Assembly: GCA_045631185.1 (NCBI GenBank)
Contig: JAZQUH010000039.1
Location: 139,740 to 203,739 of the forward strand
From: Alphaproteobacteria bacterium
GTDB lineage: Bacteria; Pseudomonadota; Alphaproteobacteria; CAAHEQ01; UBA3637
DNA: 64,000 nt
Reading direction: 5' to 3'
The notes below the pieces were generated by a model. It was not told where the DNA came from. It searched no databases and saw nothing but the letters and a program-made list of their open reading frames with translations. Every line of letters begins with the position of its first letter. The first letter of the stretch is position 1. The position numbers and the translations under genes were made by a program. This document shows positions 8,103-17,384 of the stretch, in pieces.

Positions 8103-8696
8103 ATGAAGTTATTGATTGCAACACATAATCAACATAAATTAAAAGAATTTCGTGAGATTTTGGCTCCGTTAGGTTATGAAATTTTGGGGGCGGATGATGT
8201 TGGTCTAACCGATTGTGATGAAACCGGTCAAACTTTTCACGAAAACAGCTTTCAAAAAGCAAAGTATGCTGTTTTACAAACGGGATTGCCGACTTTGTCG
8301 GATGATTCCGGTCTTTGTATTCACGCTTTGGATAATCAGCCCGGTATTTTTTCGGCCAGATTCGCCCAACAAAACGGGGGCTATCCGGCGGTTTTCAATG
8401 TAATTTGGCAAAAGTTAGCATCTTTTTCGGATTGGTCAGCACATTTTAATTGTTGTTTATGTTTATTAAATCCTGAAAATACAGAAAAACCGCTTTATTT
8501 TGAAGGTCAGGTAGATGGTCATATAACAAAAGATAAAGATGATTCAATGGATAAATTCGGTTATGATCCGATTTTTGTTCCCGATGGTTATGATCGTCCT
8601 TTTGGTGGATTGCCAAAGGATGTAAAAAATCAGCTTTCTCACCGTGCCAGAGCTTTGGAAAAACTGGTTGCGTATTTGAAACTTGACAATCATTAA
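8103..8696 (+). CDS. rdgB: dITP/XTP pyrophosphatase (HAM1/RdgB family)
   Basis: MKLLIATHNQHKLKEFREIL..., SDDSGL, FGYDPIF, SHRARAL. Start moved to ATG 8103 because the ORF-track start lies inside the cspA terminator. Confidence 0.9.
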   Translation: MKLLIATHNQHKLKEFREILAPLGYEILGADDVGLTDCDETGQTFHENSFQKAKYAVLQTGLPTLSDDSGLCIHALDNQPGIFSARFAQQNGGYPAVFNVIWQKLASFSDWSAHFNCCLCLLNPENTEKPLYFEGQVDGHITKDKDDSMDKFGYDPIFVPDGYDRPFGGLPKDVKNQLSHRARALEKLVAYLKLDNH

Positions 8697-8741
8697 AATT
8701 TCGGCTATGCTAAAGACACATTTTTAACAAAGGAGAATAAT

Positions 8742-9164
8742 ATGTCAATAGAACGTACTTTTTCAATTATTAAACCTGATGCGACAGCTCGCAATTTGGA
8801 CGAAGAAATCAACGCCCGTATTCGTGCGGCCGGTTTGAAAATTGTGGCCACAAAACGTGTTGAAAAACCCACACGTGAACAAATCGGTAAATTTTATGAA
8901 GAACATCAGGGCAAACCATTTTATGATGATTTGGTTGACTTTATGACATCCGGTCCAATTCGTGTTCAGGTTTTGGAAGGTAATAATGCTATTTCCCGCT
9001 ATCGTGAATTGATGGGTAAAACAGATCCGAATGAAGCGGCCGAAGGCACATTACGCAAATTGTATGCCGAAAGTAAAGGTCGCAATTCTGTACATGGTTC
9101 CGATTCTTCAGCCAGTGCCAACCGTGAAATTTCTTTGTGGTTTACACGTGAAGAATTGATCTAA
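8742..9164 (+). CDS. ndk: nucleoside diphosphate kinase
   Basis: [11 protein letters not shown]..., active-site NSVHGSDS. 140 aa. Confidence 0.95.
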   Translation: MSIERTFSIIKPDATARNLDEEINARIRAAGLKIVATKRVEKPTREQIGKFYEEHQGKPFYDDLVDFMTSGPIRVQVLEGNNAISRYRELMGKTDPNEAAEGTLRKLYAESKGRNSVHGSDSSASANREISLWFTREELI

Positions 9165-9180
9165 TATCAATTTGATTTTA

Positions 9181-9212
9181 AAACAAGGACTCGGTTGAGT
9201 CCTTGTTTTTTT
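9181..9212. terminator. bidirectional terminator between ndk and the convergent methyltransferase gene
   Basis: acaaggactc-ggtt-gagtccttgt, flanked by an A-run and a T-run. Confidence 0.8.
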
Positions 9213-9921
9213 ACATCTCTTTACCGTTTCTTAAAATTTGTTCAGCCAATTCAGAACGACTTCCATCTGGTTTGTGCATAACCAAAGGCGGATATAATTT
9301 TAAAGGCGATTTTGCCCCTAAAACACCACGTACAATAATTCGTGAGGCCGGTTGATTCAACTTTGTTTGAATGGGAAAAACTTCAATTTTGCCTAATTTT
9401 TTTTCCAAAACACATAAAATTTCTCCCAATAATTCAGGGCGATGAATTATGGTGAAAGTTCCTTTTGATTTTAAGTGTTTTAAACAATAATCCAACCATT
9501 TTTTTAAATCAAAGTCGGCCTGAAAAGCCATTTTTTGCTCATCACTTTTGCGTCCTTTTCCTGTATTATCATAAAACGGCGGATTGGTGACAACATGGTG
9601 GAATAATATTCCTTTTAAGATATCTTTTTTGTCAAACAAGTTATGTTCAAAAACGTGAATATCCGTTTTGTTTAATCGGGCATTTTCTTGAATTTGTTTA
9701 ATTAAATTTGTTTGACATTCCAACGCATTGATTTGGCATTTTTTTCGTGCATTGATGCATAACCCGATAACACCGTTTCCGGCGCCAATATCCAATAGCG
9801 TTTCGTTTTCTTTAATTTTAACGAAAGAGGCCAATAAAACAGCATCGGATGTAGCCCTCAATCCCGATTTTGATTGTTTTAATAAAACTTTTCCACCTAA
9901 AAATTCATCAGTTGTCAGCAT
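9211..9921 (-). CDS. class I SAM-dependent N6-adenine methyltransferase, TrmN6/YfiC-like (tRNA m6A37)
   Basis: SAM motif LLDIGAGNGVIGL and catalytic NPPF (VVTNPPFY). 236 aa. Confidence 0.65.
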   Translation of the reverse strand: MLTTDEFLGGKVLLKQSKSGLRATSDAVLLASFVKIKENETLLDIGAGNGVIGLCINARKKCQINALECQTNLIKQIQENARLNKTDIHVFEHNLFDKKDILKGILFHHVVTNPPFYDNTGKGRKSDEQKMAFQADFDLKKWLDYCLKHLKSKGTFTIIHRPELLGEILCVLEKKLGKIEVFPIQTKLNQPASRIIVRGVLGAKSPLKLYPPLVMHKPDGSRSELAEQILRNGKEM

Positions 9922-10018
9922 GTGTTTAGTATAAAATATTTTTTTTTAAATCGCAAGGCAAAAAAAGTGTTTACAAATGTAAAAAAAATGAATATACTCA
10001 CCTTAACGGGAGAAAAAA

Positions 10019-13000
10019 ATGAAAAAAATCATCATAGGATTTTTATTATTGCTTGCAATTATTGCGGGTGTTTTTGTTTTTTCTGTTGTGCGTTCCTTTG
10101 ATGTTGAGTTATATAAAGAAAGGGTTGTAACACGTTTAGAGGCTTTAACAGGTCGAAAAATTCAACTCCAAGACGCTTCTCTTTCTTGGGGGAGTACGCC
10201 TATTTTTATTATGAATAATTTAGTTATTTCTAATCAAGATGGCGGTTCGACGCCGAACATGATCTCAGTTAAACAAATTCAAGCTGAGATGGATTGGAAG
10301 GGGATTTTTAGTGGTGATTTAGAAATTAAAAAAGTTGTTTTTCAAGAACCTAGTGTTTTGGTGGAGCGTAGTCATACTTTTCAAACAAATTTTTCCTTTC
10401 CGTTGTTGTTTAACCCCAGAAAAATTACGGATCAAGATTTTTACTCTTCTGATGTTAATGACATCAAAATTGATCTTTTTGAAATAGTAGGTGGAAAAAT
10501 AACATATCATAACTCTTTAACTTCCAAAACGGTTGTTTTGGAAGGAGTAAATGGTATGGGGAAGGTTGATTCCTTGTTGGGACCTTTTTCCTTTAAGGGC
10601 GATTTAGAAATAGAAAAAATAAAATTTTCAGTCAATATTGAAACAGAAAAGATTGTTCTTTCTAATCCATTGAGAATAAAAACCTCTCTTAAAGAACAAA
10701 GTAAATTGTTAGAAATGGATTTGAATGCTGAATTATCTGTAGATTCTGTAGAAGATTGGTTGACTGTTGATGGTACATTTAATCTTTTTAAGCCTGATGA
10801 ATTTTTCAAGCGTTTTATGAAAATAGATTGGCAAGATTCTACCTCATTGATTGGAAGCTTAAAGTTTGTTGTCAATTCGAAAGACTTAAATTTAAAAGAA
10901 ATAGTTTTAACTCAAGAAAAAGATAATCCTGTCTCATACATTTATAATCTAAAAAAAGATGAAAATGGGAAAGAGAAGATGATTTTAACTATAGATGAGT
11001 TAGATTGTACTTTTTGTAAAAATTTTGGAGATTTAAAAACAAAATTGATACAATTTCAAACAGAAAGAGATTTTGATATAACGATAAAAAAATTAAGATA
11101 CAATCAGCAAGAATTAACGGATTTTATTTTTCAAGGAAGTATTTCTCCTAATGCTTTTGATGGGACTTTGAATGTTAATTTGCCATTTGGTGGAAAATTA
11201 GATTCACATATAAAAAAGAATGATAATATCTGGACTATCGATATGAATTCCGAAATGAAGGAATTTCATTCTTTAGTGAAGTGGTTTGGGGGCGATCAGG
11301 TTATTGAGAAAATTCCGAAAAGTTTAACGGATTTAAGGTTGATGATGAAAATAAAAATTTCGGATGGTGGAGTGGATATCGAAGCTTTAAATATTAATGA
11401 TATTCAAGTTTCAGGGAGACTTGAAAAATCGAAAGATTCTTTTAAATCGGACTTGAAGGTTCATAATTTGAATTTTGATCAATTTTATCCTCAAAGTCAG
11501 GAATTAACTCAAACTGGTATGTTGGATTTGATTAAGACGAGTATCGCTAAAATTTCTAATATTACTGAAAATATATCTATAAAATCGTCATTTTTAAATG
11601 CAGTATTTTTTGGACAAACATATCAGGAATTAGGGATTGTTGCGCAAAAACAAGGAATGGATTGGAGTGTTGAAAAAATATCTATCCAAAAAGAAGAAAA
11701 TAAAAACTTAACTATTTCAGGTAAAGTAAAGTTAGAACAAGATGGCAAGTATTTATTTGAAAATCTTCGTCTTGATTTGGCCAGTCCTTGGGCGCTTTCT
11801 TTATTAAAATTAATACAGTCTGATTTTTTTGCTTCGGAAATTGAAAATATAACAGTATCAGAAGGTTATTTGATATATTCAGGGGATACGAAACAAGGTC
11901 AATTTGAGCTAGATGTAAAATTTGATGGAACTGATTTAAAAGCAAGAGGGTTTGTTAATTTAGATAACAAAGGTTTTGAAAATATTCAATTGAATATATC
12001 TAACGAAAACTTTTTAAATATTGCAAAAATGGTTCTTTCTGATTATGAACTATCTGATGAATGGGAGATTCCGTTTGTTTTGGATGGTAAAATTTCATGG
12101 AATAATAATGAAAAGATCTGGACAGATATGACTGTTTCTCTTGATGAAAATAATTTTAAAACATCAGGGATTTGGAAAGATGAAAGATTTCAGATAAATG
12201 TTTTTTCTGATAAGTTTGATTTCGAACTGTTTTTGCCAGATTTCCAAACTATTTTTTCTTTTTCACCAACTCCTTTTAATATTTTTGAAAATATACCAAA
12301 TGGTGATTTAAAATTTGAAGTTGATAACTTTAGCTATGGCGATATAGAAGGTGGTAATTTAAAATTAGAAGCAATATTGCAAGATAAATTAATGTCGATT
12401 TCTGATTTTAGTTGTTTGATTGGTAGGGAACATCCTGGTCGAGTTTCTGCAAAAGGAACGGTTTCTTTTGAAAAAAATATAGGTATTGATTTGAATCTTG
12501 ATTGGGATAACCTTTTCTCAGAACAAAATAGTTATTTTACTTATGGGAATGGAAAGTATCATTTTGGAAATGGTCTTTTTTCAGGGAAGTTAAATCTTAA
12601 AACATCTGGTGATTCATGGTTTGCTTTGTTTGATTCTTCCAGTGGTGAAGGTGAAATAAATTGGAAAAATGGAGACTTCTATGGATTAGATGTTTCTGTT
12701 TGGTTGTCGGCAGTTCAAGCAGCCTCTGTCGCTCAAGAGTTAGGAAAAGGTTTTTCTTCACGTTTGCAATATGCTTTATCTGGTGGAAAAACAGCATTTC
12801 CGGATCTGCGTGGTAATTTTACTTTAGAAAAAGGTACTGTGAGATTTATGGATGTTCAGGGTAAAAATGATTTGATATCTATTTCAGGTATGACAATGGA
12901 TCTCTTTCCCAATAAAGTAACGAATAATATAAAAATACCTATTGCATTAACTGATTTATCTAAACTACCTCCCATTATTTTTGAATTTAAAAATGGTACT

Positions 13001-13675
13001 TATAATGTAAATTCAACTTTGTTTGAACAGGCTTTTACTGAAGAATTAAAGTTGAAGAATCAGAAAAATATAGAGGCTAAGGAATTGAAAAATCTTCAGG
13101 CAAGAGAATTAAAAAATCAACAAATGCGTCAAGAAGCACAAAATATTATAAAACAAATGGAAACAACGTTAAAACAACTTCAGGAAAGGGTTGCTTTACG
13201 AGATGAAACTATTTCAAGTGAACGTTTGGATGAATTAAATCTTACGGCCCGTGAAATTCGTGAATTAGCAGTAAAAACAGATTTAATGCCATCAGAATAT
13301 GCCTCATTGTTGGAAAAAACAAAATTATGGGCAATTCAGGTTAATGATTTGAACAATGCTTATGCACGTCAGGATTTGCTGTCTCAAAAAGCTAAGGTAA
13401 ATCAACTTTCACCATTGGTAAATAATTATTTGGCAGCTATGGAACAATTCTGGCAACAGCATCCTCAATCTGTTATTTTATATGAAATCGTTATGAATGC
13501 ACGTCAGGTGGCAGAAACTATTAAACTAGACGAAAGCCAATTGTCGGTTGCGCAAGATGCCTCTACTGTTCAAAATTTGATTTTACGAATTCAGAATAAT
13601 TTTGCAAAAATTGAAAAAGCACATCAATATGCTCAAAAAATACATCTTTCCTTAATGAATGGTGGGAGCGTTTAA
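10019..13675 (+). CDS. AsmA-family outer-membrane biogenesis protein with C-terminal coiled-coil extension
   Basis: N-terminal TM anchor, a long beta-rich body and an AsmA_2-like DLRGNFTLEKGTVRF segment. The last ~230 aa are K/E/Q-rich and heptad-like. Confidence 0.6.
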   Translation: MKKIIIGFLLLLAIIAGVFVFSVVRSFDVELYKERVVTRLEALTGRKIQLQDASLSWGSTPIFIMNNLVISNQDGGSTPNMISVKQIQAEMDWKGIFSGDLEIKKVVFQEPSVLVERSHTFQTNFSFPLLFNPRKITDQDFYSSDVNDIKIDLFEIVGGKITYHNSLTSKTVVLEGVNGMGKVDSLLGPFSFKGDLEIEKIKFSVNIETEKIVLSNPLRIKTSLKEQSKLLEMDLNAELSVDSVEDWLTVDGTFNLFKPDEFFKRFMKIDWQDSTSLIGSLKFVVNSKDLNLKEIVLTQEKDNPVSYIYNLKKDENGKEKMILTIDELDCTFCKNFGDLKTKLIQFQTERDFDITIKKLRYNQQELTDFIFQGSISPNAFDGTLNVNLPFGGKLDSHIKKNDNIWTIDMNSEMKEFHSLVKWFGGDQVIEKIPKSLTDLRLMMKIKISDGGVDIEALNINDIQVSGRLEKSKDSFKSDLKVHNLNFDQFYPQSQELTQTGMLDLIKTSIAKISNITENISIKSSFLNAVFFGQTYQELGIVAQKQGMDWSVEKISIQKEENKNLTISGKVKLEQDGKYLFENLRLDLASPWALSLLKLIQSDFFASEIENITVSEGYLIYSGDTKQGQFELDVKFDGTDLKARGFVNLDNKGFENIQLNISNENFLNIAKMVLSDYELSDEWEIPFVLDGKISWNNNEKIWTDMTVSLDENNFKTSGIWKDERFQINVFSDKFDFELFLPDFQTIFSFSPTPFNIFENIPNGDLKFEVDNFSYGDIEGGNLKLEAILQDKLMSISDFSCLIGREHPGRVSAKGTVSFEKNIGIDLNLDWDNLFSEQNSYFTYGNGKYHFGNGLFSGKLNLKTSGDSWFALFDSSSGEGEINWKNGDFYGLDVSVWLSAVQAASVAQELGKGFSSRLQYALSGGKTAFPDLRGNFTLEKGTVRFMDVQGKNDLISISGMTMDLFPNKVTNNIKIPIALTDLSKLPPIIFEFKNGTYNVNSTLFEQAFTEELKLKNQKNIEAKELKNLQARELKNQQMRQEAQNIIKQMETTLKQLQERVALRDETISSERLDELNLTAREIRELAVKTDLMPSEYASLLEKTKLWAIQVNDLNNAYARQDLLSQKAKVNQLSPLVNNYLAAMEQFWQQHPQSVILYEIVMNARQVAETIKLDESQLSVAQDASTVQNLILRIQNNFAKIEKAHQYAQKIHLSLMNGGSV

Positions 13676-14721
13676 TGAAAAAGGATGTTATATATTCGGG
13701 GGATTGTATTGAAAAAATGCGCTCTTTTGATGCGCACACTGTGGATATGATTTTTGCTGATCCACCTTATTTTATGCAAACATCTGGTTGTTTAAATCGT
13801 GGGGATGGTACCCGTTTTCAAGGAGTAGATGAAAGCTGGGACAAATTTTCAGATCTACATGCTTACGATGATTTTTGCCGTTTATGGCTCAGTGAATGTC
13901 AGCGTGTGTTAAAACCTAATGGTACAATTTGGGTTATCGGTAGCTTGCAAAATATATATCGTTTGGGCTATTTGATGCAGGAAATGGGTTTTTGGATTTT
14001 GAATGAAGTGATATGGACCAAGCCGAATGCCCCACCAAATTTTACAGGAACTCGCTTTCAAAATCGTCATGAAACATTGTTATGGTGTTCGCCCAAAAAG
14101 GCATCTCCCTATACCTTTAACTATCAAACATTAAAGGCTTTGAATGGGGGTAAGCAGGCCAGCAGTGTTTGGGATATTCCGATTTGTTTAGGACCTGAAA
14201 GATTAAAGGGGGAAGACGGTAAAAAACTGCATGCAACCCAAAAACCCGAAAAACTGTTATATCAGGTGATTTTGACATCCACTAAACCTGGTGACCTTAT
14301 TTTGGATCCGTTTATGGGAACAGGAACAACAGGGGCAGTTGCCAAGATGTTAGGACGTCACTTTATCGGAATAGAACGCGAAGAAAAATATGTCCATTGC
14401 GCCCGAAAAAGAATTGCTTCTGTCTTGCCTAAAATGGATGATTTTGCCAATTTGATTTATGATAAAAAGCCCCCTAAAATACTGTTTTCCCATCTTTTAA
14501 AAAAAGGAATTGTAAAAGAAGGTGATTTCCTTTATACCCCTACCCATAAAAAAGCCCGTATTTTAAAAAATGGACATTTGAAATGTGGTCGGCTGACGGG
14601 ATCTATCCATCAATTAGCAGCAATTTTGCAAAATAAAAATGTTTCAAACGGTTGGCTTTTTTGGCAAATTTTAACAAAAAAAGGTTATCAGCCTATTGAC
14701 ATTTTACGCGGAAAGAATTAA
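13675..14721 (+). CDS. ccrM: CcrM-type site-specific DNA adenine methyltransferase (beta-class, DPPY)
   Basis: IFADPPYF near the N-terminus, FMGTGTTGAVA SAM motif near residue 215, and a ~80-aa C-terminal extension typical of alphaproteobacterial CcrM. Start overlaps the asmA-like stop (TAATG). Confidence 0.8.
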   Translation: MKKDVIYSGDCIEKMRSFDAHTVDMIFADPPYFMQTSGCLNRGDGTRFQGVDESWDKFSDLHAYDDFCRLWLSECQRVLKPNGTIWVIGSLQNIYRLGYLMQEMGFWILNEVIWTKPNAPPNFTGTRFQNRHETLLWCSPKKASPYTFNYQTLKALNGGKQASSVWDIPICLGPERLKGEDGKKLHATQKPEKLLYQVILTSTKPGDLILDPFMGTGTTGAVAKMLGRHFIGIEREEKYVHCARKRIASVLPKMDDFANLIYDKKPPKILFSHLLKKGIVKEGDFLYTPTHKKARILKNGHLKCGRLTGSIHQLAAILQNKNVSNGWLFWQILTKKGYQPIDILRGKN

Positions 14722-14751
14722 GCTGAATTTATCTTATTTTAGGAGAGTGTT

Positions 14752-15405
14752 ATGAAAGTATTAAATTTCTCATTTTTTTTGGTTTTGAGTATGATTTTAT
14801 TTGGGTGCTCTTCCCCTTCAACTAATAATGAGCTTTCGTTTGAAGATTGGAGCCGTTCTTTTTCTGCACCGGATATTGTTTCTGATATGAATCCGGCCGG
14901 TAATACGGTTATTATCAAGGAAAAAAAAGTTGAATTAATTGATCCTTCAGTTGTGCGTATTGCCAAAACAAAAGGTGATTATATGACAATAATGACGCGT
15001 CAATTTAGAAAAGATTTAGCGTCAACTAGTTCACAGGTAGAACAAAAAGATTCAGTGATTTATATGCGTATTCCAACGCAAGCCATTTTTGGAACTAATC
15101 AGGCAACAATAAAACCTTCATTTGAACCGATATTAAAATCAATGGCTGAGAATTTAAAAAAACATCCGGAAACAATGATAAGAATAGTGGGTCATACCGA
15201 TAATTCTGATACTGTTATTAACAGCAGAACGCTCTCATTGCGTCAGGCAAATGCTTTTTCTAACTATTTACGTTTGGAAGGAATAGAAGCCGATCGTTTG
15301 TTGGCTGAGGGAAAGGGATCATTAGAACCAATAGCAAGTAATTCAACATCTGAAGGTCGACTTCGTAATTGTTATATTGAGGTCACTGTTCATAATTTAC
15401 AATAG
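14752..15405 (+). CDS. OmpA-family peptidoglycan-associated lipoprotein
   Basis: Lipobox LFGC|S. C-terminal OmpA_C motif IVGHTDNSD...LSLRQANAFSNYL. Confidence 0.8.
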   Translation: MKVLNFSFFLVLSMILFGCSSPSTNNELSFEDWSRSFSAPDIVSDMNPAGNTVIIKEKKVELIDPSVVRIAKTKGDYMTIMTRQFRKDLASTSSQVEQKDSVIYMRIPTQAIFGTNQATIKPSFEPILKSMAENLKKHPETMIRIVGHTDNSDTVINSRTLSLRQANAFSNYLRLEGIEADRLLAEGKGSLEPIASNSTSEGRLRNCYIEVTVHNLQ

Positions 15406-15413
15406 GAGGAAAA

Positions 15414-15932
15414 ATGAAAAAAATTGCTTTTATTACAACTTTACTTTTATCAACAGGAGGATTTGCAATGGATAAAGAAAATACACTTTATATGGATTTG
15501 GATTACGGCCGTGTCGTTATTGAAATGATGCCTGAAGTTGCACCTAAACACGTGGCCCGTATCAAAGAACTGACTCGTAAAGGTTTTTATAATGGTGTTA
15601 AGTTTCACCGTGTGATTCCCGGTTTTATGGCGCAAACAGGAGATCCGACCGGCACAGGTATGGGTGGCAGCGGTCAAAAGTTAAATGCGGAATTTAATGA
15701 TGTTTCGCACCAACGTGGTGTTGTTTCTATGGCTCGTGCGATGGATCCAAATTCTGCTGACAGCCAATTTTTTATTTGTTTTGAAGATGCTTCGTTTTTG
15801 GATAAACAATATACAGTTTGGGGACGTGTAACATCTGGTATGGAATATGTGGATATGATAAAAAAAGGCGAGCCTCCTGTAAATCCGGATATTATTGTCA
15901 AGATGCAGGTTGCATCTGATGCTAGAGATTAA
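15414..15932 (+). CDS. ppiA: periplasmic cyclophilin-type peptidyl-prolyl cis-trans isomerase
   Basis: Signal peptide. FHRVIPGFMAQTGDP, SMAR, QFFI motifs. Confidence 0.9.
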   Translation: MKKIAFITTLLLSTGGFAMDKENTLYMDLDYGRVVIEMMPEVAPKHVARIKELTRKGFYNGVKFHRVIPGFMAQTGDPTGTGMGGSGQKLNAEFNDVSHQRGVVSMARAMDPNSADSQFFICFEDASFLDKQYTVWGRVTSGMEYVDMIKKGEPPVNPDIIVKMQVASDARD

Positions 15933-16381
15933 TCTAAAGATGGATTAGAAAAAATAAATTCGGCCTTAATATTTGTTTTGCACTTAATAGCGTGTGGAAA
16001 GAAACGCCATGTGAACTGACAGAAGAGGGGAAGAAACTCGCTGAAAATTATAGCCCAACAATTGTTCAGTTACGTGAGAAATTGGGTGTAGATCCTTCAA
16101 ATGGAAATAACGCATTTTTCTTGATGGGGGCTACAATGTATTTGTTAGAGGGGCGTTTGGTAGCAGGAGAACGAGCAAGCGTTTCTTTTGTGATATGTCG
16201 TTAATTTTATAGGTAATAGAAATACTATTTTATTCTTTTTAATAAACTTTTTATGTGTTTTATAAAGTAATTTGTTTTATATTATTTAAAATACGTAACT
16301 TTTTAAATCAGGTGAGAGATTTTGTTTATAAAGCATGTCTTATATATTATAATGCCGCTGTAATCAATAAAGGAGGTTAAA

Positions 16382-16573
16382 ATGAATTTAGATGAATATG
16401 ATTACAGTTATAAATCTGAAAAAAAATACGATTACCCTATTAACGGGGGACTTGTGGAACGCGTCTCTTGGCAGGAAAAACAAGAACGTCGTGCCTGGCA
16501 TGAAAACTACCCGATAAACAGAGGTAAACTTGAACGTCTTGCCTGGGAACGTGCCCACGGTTGGGATAGATAA
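16382..16573 (+). CDS. small hypothetical protein with internal duplicated YPINxG..ER.(S/A)W.E motif
   Basis: Strong SD aaaggagg 6 nt upstream of the ATG. A strong terminator follows directly. Confidence 0.6.
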   Translation: MNLDEYDYSYKSEKKYDYPINGGLVERVSWQEKQERRAWHENYPINRGKLERLAWERAHGWDR

Positions 16574-16575
16574 AA

Positions 16576-16607
16576 AGGAAGGGATTTTTATCCCTTCCTG
16601 ATTTTTT
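16576..16607 (+). terminator. intrinsic terminator
   Basis: aggaagggat-tttt-atcccttcct followed by gatttttt. Confidence 0.85.
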
Positions 16608-16695
16608 ATGGGTAAATTAAAGTGGAAGAAATAATAACTTGACATAAATACGTTCATATGTTAAACACTGATGGAGTGGTTGTGAAAGGAAATTT

Positions 16696-17178
16696 ATGAA
16701 AAACAAACTCTCGACTTTATTGAACCCGATATCTTTGGCAAAATCTTCTGAACATCCTTTAAGAAACTCGAACGCATTGATTATTCTCTGTATATGTTGT
16801 CCTATAGTACATATTTGTCTTTGTATTTTCCTTTATATAAATTATGGACTTATTCCGTTTATTTTGTATGTTTTCATAAGTACTGCTATTTATCTAGTTA
16901 TTGAGCATAAAAACAAGGACCTGAAGGATACTGTAAAAGAAATGATTAAGCAACGAAACAAACGACAAAATCCTGTTTTCTTTATGGATATGGATCAAGG
17001 ATTTTCAGAAAAAACAGTGATTATATATTTATTCTTATTTTTCCTGATGAACTCAGCAATTCTTATCGTTTTAATGAATATAGATGGATTAAATGAAATT
17101 CTATTTATGTTAGCTTTTGCTTTGCCCAATATATTCTTACGTTTATTATTTAATAAATTTAAAAAAAAGAAGAGTTAA
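16696..17178 (+). CDS. hypothetical multi-pass membrane protein
   Basis: Four hydrophobic segments and a K-rich C-terminus. No recognisable family. Confidence 0.5.
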   Translation: MKNKLSTLLNPISLAKSSEHPLRNSNALIILCICCPIVHICLCIFLYINYGLIPFILYVFISTAIYLVIEHKNKDLKDTVKEMIKQRNKRQNPVFFMDMDQGFSEKTVIIYLFLFFLMNSAILIVLMNIDGLNEILFMLAFALPNIFLRLLFNKFKKKKS

Positions 17179-17226
17179 AAAATGAGCAAAATTTAGGATT
17201 TTCCAAAATCATACTTTATGTACATC

Positions 17227-17256
17227 AAAAAAGCCACTGATTAAACGGTGGCTTTT
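17227..17256. terminator. bidirectional terminator (membrane-protein gene / tRNA-Val)
   Basis: aagccac...gtggctt hairpin flanked by an A-run and a T-run. Confidence 0.65.
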
Positions 17257-17260
17257 AAAT

Positions 17261-17337
17261 TGGTGGGCGATTACGGATTCGAACCGCAGACCCTATGCGT
17301 GTAAAGCATATGCTCTAACCAGCTGAGCTAATCGCCC
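17261..17337 (-). tRNA. tRNA-Val (anticodon TAC), CCA encoded
   Basis: Reverse complement is GGGCGATTAGCTCAGCTGGTTAGAGCATATGCTTTACACGCATAGGGTCTGCGGTTCGAATCCGTAATCGCCCACCA. Confidence 0.9.
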
Positions 17338-17384
17338 GAATATCCTTTATCATAACATTGTTTGATTTAAATGTCAACCAAAAA

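Noticed and set aside
15992-16204. 70-aa ORF after ppiA
   Set aside because: It has only a GTG start and no SD, with no recognisable motif. It may be a gene remnant, and there is not enough evidence to call it.
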